Shown: in pieces, positions 22,844-31,232 of the stretch
How the letters are laid out: every line of letters begins with the position of its first letter
Numbering within the stretch: position 1 is the first letter of the stretch
Assembly: GCA_943789275.1 (NCBI GenBank)
Contig: CALSTM010000001.1
Location: forward strand, 210,001-242,000
DNA from: Candidatus Poseidoniaceae archaeon
GTDB taxonomy: Archaea > Thermoplasmatota > Poseidoniia > Poseidoniales > Poseidoniaceae
Reading direction: 5' to 3'
DNA length: 32,000 nucleotides
Translations under genes and position numbers: made by a program
The notes under the pieces: generated by a model
The model's input: the letters and a program-made list of their open reading frames with translations, nothing else
What the model was told of the DNA's origin: nothing
Database searches by the model: none

Positions 22844-24001
22844 ATGGTGCAAAAATGGAACCAAGCACCTGAGAACACTTTGGAGAGTCTTCGGCACGCC
22901 ATTCAATTCAACGACGGCATCGAATTTGACTTACGATTGACCAGTGATCAAGAACTGATTTTGCATCATGACGCACACCTTTCAGTACCGGAGTCCAAAT
23001 ACCCGCATTCGGTGAAGTGGACTGAAAACCACACGCTTGAAGAGTTAACATCGTTGGGCTTTCTCTCGTTCAAAGCTATGCTTGAAGACCCCGTGATACA
23101 CTCAGAGTGGCGCGACAAGGGTAAAATGGGTTGTGTGGAATTCAAACGTCCACACCCTCGTGCTCTCTACGGCGGTGGATTTTTTGGGAAAAAGCAACAT
23201 ATCTCTCATATGAGTCATATGATCTCGAAAGCCGAAGTCTTGCTCGATGAATACGAGATTCCCCATGAAAACGCCGTCTACTATGCATTCCATACTGGAA
23301 TGGAATCTTCAGCCAAGATGGCTCAAACAAAACGTCCTTGGGCGAATTTAACTCCATACATCCCCCCATTCGGAACCTATTACACCAAAAGAATGCGTGG
23401 TACTTTACAGTTCTTGGGCACTCCATTGGCTCGATTGATTCACGCCAATAAAGACGCAGGCGCTGCAATGGCTCCCTGTGCTGTCGAGTATTTCTTACCT
23501 CCACAGAATTGGCTCACGTTCGGTCGGACAGGCGGCTTAAAAGGCGACCGAATACGGCGTGTGAATGCACATCAGGGTGGATATCCGATTTACGTCTGGC
23601 CTGCAAACCTCGACACTGAATACGATATTCTCAATGCCGGTTTGACGGGGCTTACAGATTGTTCAGACCCTGATGTTACTTGGTTGCCTTCGGGGCACTT
23701 GAGATGGACTCAACCGGCGACCAAACCTCTTGATGCTCAGCAAACTGAACTCCTCCATTCTGCAACTGCTTCAAATCATCTTGACATTTTGAAAGAACTT
23801 CAAACCCATGTACTCCCATGGTCTGATTGCGATGCTCAGCGTAAAACCGAGCTCATCGATATGTGGAAAGAAAAATGGCAGTGGAGCGATTCAACCGCAG
23901 CCATCCTCGAGCGTTCAAGTGATGCATCGCCCCCATGGGAAGCGATACGGCTGCTCGGCCATCGAGGCTCAGGGAAGACTTCACGCCCAGTTTTGAAGTG
24001 A
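22844..24001 (+). CDS. Glycerophosphodiester phosphodiesterase (GDPD) family protein, apparently circularly permuted
   Basis: PENTLESLRHAIQFNDGIEFDLRLTSDQELILHHD (ENT, E-x-D, HD motifs), CVEFK, and YVWPANLDTEYDILNAGLTGLTDCSDPD (the WTVN...GVDGIITD-like end of the barrel). The N-terminal HRG strand is missing, and LLGHRGSG appears at the extreme C-terminus. Confidence 0.8.
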   Translation: MVQKWNQAPENTLESLRHAIQFNDGIEFDLRLTSDQELILHHDAHLSVPESKYPHSVKWTENHTLEELTSLGFLSFKAMLEDPVIHSEWRDKGKMGCVEFKRPHPRALYGGGFFGKKQHISHMSHMISKAEVLLDEYEIPHENAVYYAFHTGMESSAKMAQTKRPWANLTPYIPPFGTYYTKRMRGTLQFLGTPLARLIHANKDAGAAMAPCAVEYFLPPQNWLTFGRTGGLKGDRIRRVNAHQGGYPIYVWPANLDTEYDILNAGLTGLTDCSDPDVTWLPSGHLRWTQPATKPLDAQQTELLHSATASNHLDILKELQTHVLPWSDCDAQRKTELIDMWKEKWQWSDSTAAILERSSDASPPWEAIRLLGHRGSGKTSRPVLK

Positions 24002-24004
24002 GTC

Positions 24005-25189
24005 TCACTCGATATGTCGAAGCGTTTGTGCTTCAGCGATGTACTTGGGTCGATAAATTGGCGTACCCTTTCCGTTCCGCAAAACAGCACGCTCATCGAC
24101 GATTTGTGCACCAATTCCTGCTACACGAGCCCATCCAAAGAAGGTGGTGTAATAGGTTGGGTCGGTGAATCCAATGTGGTGCAATAAAGCGCCACTTGCG
24201 ATGTCGACGTTGGCGTTTGGGTTGCTGATCTTTGGATTCTCAGCAAGGACACGAGGAGCAACTTCTCGCAGCGTTGTAACAATTTTGAAGTTTTCATCGT
24301 CAGGGCAAATTTCAGAGCCAAGTTCGAATTGAGCAGTAGCGCGAGGGTCCTCAGCCCGAAGGACTGCGTGGCCAAAGCCAAAGATTGGTCGCTTTGCTTC
24401 GAGTTCAGCTCTCACGAATGCTTCAACCTCAGTCGGGTCGCTGGTTCCTACCTTCAGCACAAATTCAAGGCAGGATTGATTTGCTCGTCCGTGAAGAGGC
24501 CCTGAAAGTGCATTCATTGCACCGGCCATCGAAGAGTAAACGGTTGCCTTGCCTGATGCGATTGCCTTACCTGAAAAGGTCGAGAGGTTGCCGCCACCAT
24601 GGTCCATATGAAGAACGAGATAGGTAGAAATTACACGCTTCATTTTCGCTTTGTCGACCCCTTCAAAATCGAGCGCATGAACAAATCGGTCAACGAGGTT
24701 CATCGATGTGTCATCAGCGGGAATATCGTTTTCTCGACCTTCACGGATTCTGAAAATGAGTCCCATCAAACGAGGCATCCGTGCAACGAGATTCAGTGCA
24801 TCTTCCTTCCAATCCTCGGTAGTTTCCAACATGCCCAAGGTGTGTATGCCAATGCTGAGCCAGTCCATTGGATGGCCGAATTTTGGTAAAGTTTTGAGTA
24901 CAGATTCCAAATCTCCAGGGATCGCAGCACGGTTCGCAAGGTCTTGACGGAAAGCAGAGGACTGTTCATCGGTCGGAAGTTCCTTGTGGAACAAGAGGTA
25001 AACGATATCCTCAGGGTCAAATTGGGCCAATTCGGAAATCGGATAGCCGCAGTAATGAACGCCTTCAGTTGGCGTGACATATGAGGTGCGGCAAGTGCCA
25101 ACTGGAACGCCTCTTAGGCCAGTGTTGAGGTGGTTCTCAGTCACTTCCAAGAGTACCTTCTTGTCTGCCAAATGCTCCCCTCGGAACAT
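24005..25189 (-). CDS. gltA: Citrate synthase (or 2-methylcitrate synthase) family
   Basis: LSGPLHGRANQ, GFGHAVLRAEDPRA and DIASGALLHHIGF are conserved catalytic His/Asp regions of the citrate synthase family. Confidence 0.93.
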   Translation of the reverse strand: MFRGEHLADKKVLLEVTENHLNTGLRGVPVGTCRTSYVTPTEGVHYCGYPISELAQFDPEDIVYLLFHKELPTDEQSSAFRQDLANRAAIPGDLESVLKTLPKFGHPMDWLSIGIHTLGMLETTEDWKEDALNLVARMPRLMGLIFRIREGRENDIPADDTSMNLVDRFVHALDFEGVDKAKMKRVISTYLVLHMDHGGGNLSTFSGKAIASGKATVYSSMAGAMNALSGPLHGRANQSCLEFVLKVGTSDPTEVEAFVRAELEAKRPIFGFGHAVLRAEDPRATAQFELGSEICPDDENFKIVTTLREVAPRVLAENPKISNPNANVDIASGALLHHIGFTDPTYYTTFFGWARVAGIGAQIVDERAVLRNGKGTPIYRPKYIAEAQTLRHIE

Positions 25190-25264
25190 TCCACATACCT
25201 CTTTCGTATAAAGGCGGCTCCTCCATATTCAACTGTAAACAATCGGTAGAGTGCCTTCTGGACC

Positions 25265-25732
25265 CTATTTTCTGTTCCAAGGTGGCCAAGAACGGAAACC
25301 CTTTGTCGATTCTCTGTCGGCAAAGACGTGGATGCGGATTGACTCTCCATCAATCACAAGCGCATCATCAGCAGTAAGCCCGGGGCATGTTTCTTTGACT
25401 TCTTTCCAAGCTCGGTCTGTAGCGAGATTTTCGCCCCACCATGGGAACGCTGCACATTGTTGCGGGCGAACGGTATAGATGGTGCATTGCTTGTTGCCAT
25501 CCAAATAGATGCATACATCATCCACCGGGCGACTTTTGAGCACATATCGGCCGTCTAAGGTTTGCCGACAGTCTCTTTCCAACCAATCCTCCACTTCCAT
25601 TTTGTGATGCTTAGAAATTCGTTCAGCATCTGTTATGGACAGGTAAACAATTCCACCTGGCTCATCACAGCATTTGCCACAATTCGCTTGACATGAGAAG
25701 GCTACGCCTTCCATCCACCATGGAGGTCTCAT
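25265..25732 (-). CDS. YkgJ-family zinc/iron-chelating CxxCxxCC-domain protein
   Basis: CQANCGKCCDEPGG, then CIYLDGNKQCTIYTVRPQQCAAFPWW, matching the UPF0153/YkgJ pattern. Its ATG overlaps the upstream stop (ATGA). Confidence 0.7.
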   Translation of the reverse strand: MRPPWWMEGVAFSCQANCGKCCDEPGGIVYLSITDAERISKHHKMEVEDWLERDCRQTLDGRYVLKSRPVDDVCIYLDGNKQCTIYTVRPQQCAAFPWWGENLATDRAWKEVKETCPGLTADDALVIDGESIRIHVFADRESTKGFRSWPPWNRK

Positions 25733-27762
25733 TCTTCTTCACCCATCAGCATGTTTTGAACGGGGTGTAATCGGCCAAGACGAATTTTACGTGGCTCAGC
25801 GGTATGGTCAAGTAAATCCATCATGTCAACGCTGCCGGAGTCTACGTTCCATTCTCCAGCAGGCTCATGGCTGTCGAGAGGATCTACGGTTTTCTTTGAT
25901 GAGCGTCGACCGACTTTTCGCCTTTCTTTTTCAACAGTATCTTCTTCCATTTCTGGCCAAGGCTCGCGGTCGGGATCAAATTCAGTAAGATTACTTTCCA
26001 TTCTCCGTAATTCATCTGCGATGGATATCAATTCCTCGATGGTTGCTTCGGAAGTACGCTCGGAGAGGTCGTGAAGTTTTGATTCAAGATGACCAAGTTG
26101 TTTTGAACTCTCAATTAAATCCCTTTCAAAGGAATTGATTTTGCTATCGAATGCCTCATCCAAATCGGTCAACACATCAGCCGCCAGTCCGATATCACGG
26201 TCTTCAATTCGACCTTTGCGAGCAACAAGATGTTGCTCTCTCTCATGCATATTCAATACCGATGGTGCAGCAGGCGCTGTATCCTCCAATGCAATTTTGA
26301 GATATTCAGCGTGGCGTCTGTCACCTGATGCGGCGAGATCACGGGCGTCAAGTTCTGGTGGGATGTACTCGTCGACTCCGATTTCAGGTAACTCAGAATA
26401 GAGGTCTATACCTCCATGAACTTCGTCACTGTATACTGTGTCAACAGCAGAATTGATGAGTCGCATAGCGATGTCCTCTACTTTTTCTCGCTCCGCTAGA
26501 GGTTGCACCGATTGAAGGTCAAGTTGATTTGAAAGCAGGGCAGTGACGTCTTCTCCATCCAGTACCTCCTCACCGGATTGAAGAGCGAGAGCGACCAAGT
26601 CGAAATTGGCTTTTGTCGATTGCCATCCAATGGTATCTTTCAAGACCAGGCTTGCCAATTGACTGTCGTTCATCATGAGGCCTTTCTTGTGCGAAAGATG
26701 TCGTGCATAGAGAACCATGCTTGTCGATTGTGGAGGCTCAAGTTGCACCGAGGCTGCATGACGGGTGAGTTCCCACAGACGCGAGGTAGGCCAATCATCG
26801 GGAGTGCTCTTCGAAGTGAGCAGTACGTGAACGCCAAGATTGAGTGCATAGTCAACCATCATGCCAAGTTCGTGGGCGAGTTCGGGATGGTTCACGTGTG
26901 CGTCAATATCGTCAATTGCAAGCAATCTTGCGTTCACCAACGTATCTTGCCAGCCTTCTGGCAAGCGTTCCAATCCTGCGAACTCCGCACCTGTAAGCAG
27001 GTAGACATTCCCTTCTTGACGGCGCAGTACTGCTTGAGCAGTCGCATGAAGCAGGTGCGTTCTTCCTGTTTGTGATGCGCCGATGAAGAGGAGTGGGTTG
27101 AGTTGACCTCCAGGTGAATCAACCACCGCCTCAGCAGCCTGAGTTGCGCGTGTATTTTCTGGAATGCTAAACCACTGTTTGAAACTCTTCCGAACCTCGG
27201 GACGTAAACGTGATGGCCATACACCTTCAGTTGGGAGTATGACGCTGTGGTGGAACGGTGAAGTTTCATCGTCAGGTGCCAAATCGTTTGCAAGAATTTG
27301 GGTCGTAAGGCCACGATGGCCATCAAGAACCGACTTCCATACCGGGCTGCCATCGTGTTCCATCCCCAAGTAACCGTCTTCGACAGGCCCTTCCTGCTGT
27401 TCGATGGAATCGAATGTTCGTTGGCGTAACGACCGAATGCGACGTGCCGCTATGTCCGAGAGTGAATCTCCGTTGGATTGAAATTCGATGGCAGGCTTTC
27501 TTCGTTCAGTTTGCTTGCCCAAAACGCCGTTAGCTACCAATTGAAACGTCGGTCGCTCAACACTTTCAGTTCGTTGCAGCAGTGTGCCTTTACGTCGGTC
27601 CACGACATCATTCTTGCCGAGCAATCGATTCAGTTTCGAGTTCGAGGGTTCAGAACGCTGTCGATTCTGAGGTGCGATTCGTTCGATTCCTGAGCCAGTT
27701 TGGTCCAGTTTTTGTCGAGCAAGCTCAAGGGCAAGAGCGAGTTTCTCACGCCGTGGATTCAT
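25729..27762 (-). CDS. DnaA/Hda-family AAA+ ATPase-like protein with long disordered and coiled-coil flanks; no DnaA DNA-binding domain
   Basis: Residues about 195-400 (AVVDSPGGQLNPLLFIGASQTGRTHLLHA ... ARLLAIDDID ... VHVLLTSKSTPDDW ... SRLWELTRHAASVQLEPP) align motif by motif with bacterial DnaA domain III (NPLFiYGgvGlGKTHLLHA, LLlIDDIQ, iiLTSDrpP, SRf.wGl.v.iepP). The N-terminus is basic and disordered; the C-terminus is an acidic coiled coil. Confidence 0.7.
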   Translation of the reverse strand: MNPRREKLALALELARQKLDQTGSGIERIAPQNRQRSEPSNSKLNRLLGKNDVVDRRKGTLLQRTESVERPTFQLVANGVLGKQTERRKPAIEFQSNGDSLSDIAARRIRSLRQRTFDSIEQQEGPVEDGYLGMEHDGSPVWKSVLDGHRGLTTQILANDLAPDDETSPFHHSVILPTEGVWPSRLRPEVRKSFKQWFSIPENTRATQAAEAVVDSPGGQLNPLLFIGASQTGRTHLLHATAQAVLRRQEGNVYLLTGAEFAGLERLPEGWQDTLVNARLLAIDDIDAHVNHPELAHELGMMVDYALNLGVHVLLTSKSTPDDWPTSRLWELTRHAASVQLEPPQSTSMVLYARHLSHKKGLMMNDSQLASLVLKDTIGWQSTKANFDLVALALQSGEEVLDGEDVTALLSNQLDLQSVQPLAEREKVEDIAMRLINSAVDTVYSDEVHGGIDLYSELPEIGVDEYIPPELDARDLAASGDRRHAEYLKIALEDTAPAAPSVLNMHEREQHLVARKGRIEDRDIGLAADVLTDLDEAFDSKINSFERDLIESSKQLGHLESKLHDLSERTSEATIEELISIADELRRMESNLTEFDPDREPWPEMEEDTVEKERRKVGRRSSKKTVDPLDSHEPAGEWNVDSGSVDMMDLLDHTAEPRKIRLGRLHPVQNMLMGEEE

Positions 27763-29726
27763 TCGCCTTTCGCCTCCATTTCCTTGCGAAGCCGTTCCCT
27801 GTCTTCAAGTTCCCACACGCTGAGTTTATCTTCCAGTGAAGGTTTCGACTGCTGGCGAAAGGCACCTTCGCGACTTGGTTTTTCGTGTTGGTTTTGCTCT
27901 CTTGCACCGGGTCGGGCCATATGCGGGGTGAGTGATGTTTCGGTGTTGACCGGCTTCCTACTTTTCACCGCATCAAGTGGTCGATTCGGCAGGGGTGTCT
28001 TTGGAAGCCTATGTTCGCGGGTGTTGACATGTTGGCGAGTGGCATCCAGTACTGATGAATGTAATTTTGGAACAGCAGCCATTTTTTCAACCGCTCTCTC
28101 TTGTCGCTGCGTGTAGTTCTCAAGAGTCGAAGAGAACGCTTGCGGTGGTTGAATACTGCCTGCGTCCACTTCACTGAGTTCTTTTGCTTCAGGCGCATTT
28201 CTTACTGCTGCAAACAAAGCGCGCTGCTTTTTTTGGTTTGGTCGTGGCAAAGCCCTCTTTTTCTTCCTTCGAATCTTTTGCGCCTTTCGAGGGCCAGTTG
28301 ACTGCACGCCAGGCATGCGCTCTGCATGCGCACTCGCTGTATGTGAATGCTCAAATTGAGCGCTCGGAACAACTGGTTTAGCAACCTCTGGAAGGGTTCT
28401 TGGAATTGGAGCGTCAGTGGGCTGAGGTCTCTGTTCGATGGCCACCGGTTGTTGGTGGTTTGCAACTGGCTCAGCATTCTTGTTCGTCGGTTCCGGTTCT
28501 TCTTCATTGCTCCATTCTTGAACAACGGAATGCAGTGATTCTGTGGCGGCTTGAACTTCTTCTGACTCGGGAGCGTCGAATCCACCTTCCATCGTCCCAA
28601 AAACACTGGATTGCGGTGCGATAGGGCCGCCGTTCGATGACCAAATCGCTTGTTGCAGTTGTTGTTCAATCCATTCCCGTTCTTCTTCACTGGCTGGGGC
28701 GCATAATGGATGGTCAAGAAGAAGGTCGGGTTCAAGGTTCCAGTGCTCCAATACCGATGCCTCAAGGTCGGTCATGTAGCGTGAGAGGTGCTGGCGTGTG
28801 GTCATTGAAAAGGCGTTGAAGTCAGCTGTCGTCAAGAACAGATGGTCTTCCAAGCGAACTCCATCAACGATGTCTCGCAGGAAATTTACAATCCTGTCAT
28901 CACCGTGTATACTTGAGAGGTACTCGATTCCTTCAAGGACAACCACTGCGCGAAGGTTCTCCCACAGGAACGAGTCGATTTTACGTCGGATGTTTTCGAG
29001 GCTCGGTTCCGTAGATTTGGTGCTGCTGTTCTGCGAGAGCCAACTGCTTGACGCAATTGGAATGTTGTGTTCGACATTGAGTGATTCTATGTCGTGTCGG
29101 GCTAGAACCAGCAACGGGCGCCCGTGAACTGCCAATTGTCCCGCCAGGTCGAACAATGGTGATGGGTCTGGTGAGTCAAACAAGTACGCATCACCCGGCC
29201 GAAGCATTTTTTCCAATCCATCGAAACGCTGCATCATTGCACGGCTTCGTTGACGCAAAGCCTCGGGTGCTTCAACAACCGTTTCCATTTCCGGGAGGCG
29301 TTCTTCACGGCGCCAACTGCTTGTTCGATACCTTGCTTTTGACCACCACGGGTGCTCGTTATTTTCTGAACTCTGCTTTTGCTCGGTTTGCAACTGCGCT
29401 TCAGGGTACAGATCGAGAATCCGGTCCACATCAGACAGCGGCAACTCATGGACGGCAAGAAGTGAATCGAGGAGTGCACAATCGCTTTCGATGTCGAGTA
29501 AGGCTTCGAGAGCCATACTGATCGAGGTGGCTTCATGCACCGCCATCATGGGGATTCCCTCTTTGAAAGCAATGTGGCCTATGCGAGGCATTTGTTCCTT
29601 TGGCCGACGTTCAATACGCAGGTATCCCGTCGTCGATAATCTGGCGATGTCGGAGGAAAGAAGTTGCAATGAATCCGGTCCCCCTCGGCGGACTTCCGTA
29701 ACATCTCCTTGCGGCAATTCCACCAT
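27759..29726 (-). CDS. DUF835-like domain protein with an N-terminal GYLRIE...GxIxFxxG module and a basic, P/Q-rich disordered tail of about 300 aa
   Basis: Residues about 175-330 (GDAYLFDS...GRPLLVLARHDIESL...SWLSQ...ENLRAVVVLEGIEYLSSIHGDDRIVNFLRDIVD...HLFLTTADFNAFS) match the archaeal DUF835 pattern as I remember it (G..gLcitR, WLt, vvlLDglEYLi..ngf..vl.Fl..l.D). No Walker A motif is present. Confidence 0.6.
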   Translation of the reverse strand: MVELPQGDVTEVRRGGPDSLQLLSSDIARLSTTGYLRIERRPKEQMPRIGHIAFKEGIPMMAVHEATSISMALEALLDIESDCALLDSLLAVHELPLSDVDRILDLYPEAQLQTEQKQSSENNEHPWWSKARYRTSSWRREERLPEMETVVEAPEALRQRSRAMMQRFDGLEKMLRPGDAYLFDSPDPSPLFDLAGQLAVHGRPLLVLARHDIESLNVEHNIPIASSSWLSQNSSTKSTEPSLENIRRKIDSFLWENLRAVVVLEGIEYLSSIHGDDRIVNFLRDIVDGVRLEDHLFLTTADFNAFSMTTRQHLSRYMTDLEASVLEHWNLEPDLLLDHPLCAPASEEEREWIEQQLQQAIWSSNGGPIAPQSSVFGTMEGGFDAPESEEVQAATESLHSVVQEWSNEEEPEPTNKNAEPVANHQQPVAIEQRPQPTDAPIPRTLPEVAKPVVPSAQFEHSHTASAHAERMPGVQSTGPRKAQKIRRKKKRALPRPNQKKQRALFAAVRNAPEAKELSEVDAGSIQPPQAFSSTLENYTQRQERAVEKMAAVPKLHSSVLDATRQHVNTREHRLPKTPLPNRPLDAVKSRKPVNTETSLTPHMARPGAREQNQHEKPSREGAFRQQSKPSLEDKLSVWELEDRERLRKEMEAKGE

Positions 29727-29730
29727 ATTC

Positions 29731-29752
29731 GCTCACCCCTTCGGGGTGATGC
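29731..29752 (-). promoter_or_regulatory. Hairpin sequestering the SD-like GGGGTGA immediately upstream of the 27759..29726 start codon
   Basis: The minus strand reads GCA-TCACCCC-GAA-GGGGTGA-GC GAAT ATG. The 7-bp perfect stem has a 3' arm that is the only SD-like element (6 nt from the ATG), and flanking GC/GC can extend the stem. Confidence 0.3.
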
Positions 29753-29895
29753 TTACGAGACACTTCTTGAAAGGTCCGGCTCGTTTCATTCATCGAACAG
29801 CATTTCACGCCCTCGTAGATGGAGCCAAATCGAAGTTTCGGTGTTCTTAGAGCGAAGTACCGTGAAGTTGAAGGTGTTCACCCAAATGGTACACT

Positions 29896-30549
29896 ATGAG
29901 CGAGCGTCAGGCCGAATTGTCTGTAGAAATGCGACGCTTCAATGTTCTTCCAATCGCTCGACCTTTCACGGTACGGTTTGTGGGGTATCTCTTGGTTTAC
30001 GAAATGGGCGTTCTCCTCTTGTTTCGACTGCTGCTTCCTTTCATTGAGTACACTTTCCTGTTGTACCTGCTCATCATTGCCCTTTCCATCGGTGGGGGCC
30101 TCTACTTCTACCGTCGAGCACCGATGCTGAATATTCCTCTTGCTGTGAATATGAATCATCCCTTCATGAGCGATGCTGAACTCGGAAACGCAATGGTCAT
30201 GGTACAATTTTCGGATGGGGCTTGGGCAGACATAGGTAAGGGCAGAGTACGTTTGACGGCTGATGAGTTGATGGGAGGGACGTTGCTCATACGAGATGAC
30301 GACGACTATACCGTGATTGGGCATTTCAGTCATCGCCAACAATCGCACCCGTGGCTCAAACGATTCGTGATTCTCATCAACCAAGCCATTGCATTGCGCG
30401 ATGCGGTCAACGGTGATGAAGACACCATTGAGGATGCCCGTGAGCGTGAAGCCATTGATTACGGATTACTTGAGCGTTCATGGTTGGAGGTCGATGAAAA
30501 TCTAGAAATCGAACCTGAAGGCATTTTTAGCAAGTTGAGAAGAGAGTAA
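29896..30549 (+). CDS. Hypothetical membrane protein (two TM helices plus a soluble acidic C-terminal domain)
   Basis: 217-aa ORF with hydrophobic helices VGYLLVYEMGVLLLFRLLL and FLLYLLIIALSIGGGLYF. It was preferred over the overlapping antisense ORF 29878..30384 on composition. Confidence 0.45.
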   Translation: MSERQAELSVEMRRFNVLPIARPFTVRFVGYLLVYEMGVLLLFRLLLPFIEYTFLLYLLIIALSIGGGLYFYRRAPMLNIPLAVNMNHPFMSDAELGNAMVMVQFSDGAWADIGKGRVRLTADELMGGTLLIRDDDDYTVIGHFSHRQQSHPWLKRFVILINQAIALRDAVNGDEDTIEDAREREAIDYGLLERSWLEVDENLEIEPEGIFSKLRRE

Positions 30550-30610
30550 ATGCATATTCTTGTGGATTTATTGGCCTTCACATTGAAAACCTGTACTCCA
30601 TCGGAGGGGT

Positions 30611-31222
30611 GTGGAAACATCGGCACGTTGGCAAGGGCGTCTCGACGCTTTAGGCTCAAAAGAGCGTGAAACTCTGCTGGGGACATCCCTTTCTCGTCGC
30701 TTCACCCTCTTGCCATTATGGCTCTCTCACCCGTCGAACATTTCTGCCTTTTACGGCCTCTTAGTTTCATTGGCGTTAATTCTGCCTTACCGATTTGCAC
30801 AAGCTTCAGACAGTTGGCTCACCAACTGGATTTTCCATTCTTCGCTGATTATGGTGGCATGCTTGCTGCTCGGAATGCTTTCTCTCATCATTGTTCGAGT
30901 TACAAAGCGTTTCCCAGTGACGCCTCCGCGGTATATTCTCTATCCGATGCCGTTTGTTGGATTTGCGCTGCTCACCATCTCCCTTACCGAGATGCTTGAA
31001 TTACCACAAAGTCTCATTTGGCTTCTTTTACTCCTCCCAGGTCCGATGTATGTTCATCTTTCTTGGGCTCCACGTTGGCGTCTTTTGTGCCAGCTTGAGG
31101 ACAACCAAAACCCGTTTGAAGGTCTCGAACACGAATACCAAGAACCATTGAACGATGCCGAAGAAATTGCTGGCGGAGACGATGAACTTCTTTCGGTCGT
31201 CGATGCACTGGAAGAAGAGTGA
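30611..31222 (+). CDS. Hypothetical polytopic membrane protein with an acidic C-terminus
   Basis: 203-aa ORF (GTG start) with 4-5 hydrophobic segments and a DAEEIAGGDDELLSVVDALEEE tail. No family recognised. Confidence 0.45.
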   Translation: METSARWQGRLDALGSKERETLLGTSLSRRFTLLPLWLSHPSNISAFYGLLVSLALILPYRFAQASDSWLTNWIFHSSLIMVACLLLGMLSLIIVRVTKRFPVTPPRYILYPMPFVGFALLTISLTEMLELPQSLIWLLLLLPGPMYVHLSWAPRWRLLCQLEDNQNPFEGLEHEYQEPLNDAEEIAGGDDELLSVVDALEEE

Positions 31223-31232
31223 ACGTACAGCC

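Noticed and set aside
29878-30384. 168-aa minus-strand ORF overlapping 29896..30549
   Set aside because: The plus-strand frame gives clear TM helices and a coherent acidic domain. The minus-strand translation is compositionally odd and would sit inside the promoter region of the cassette.
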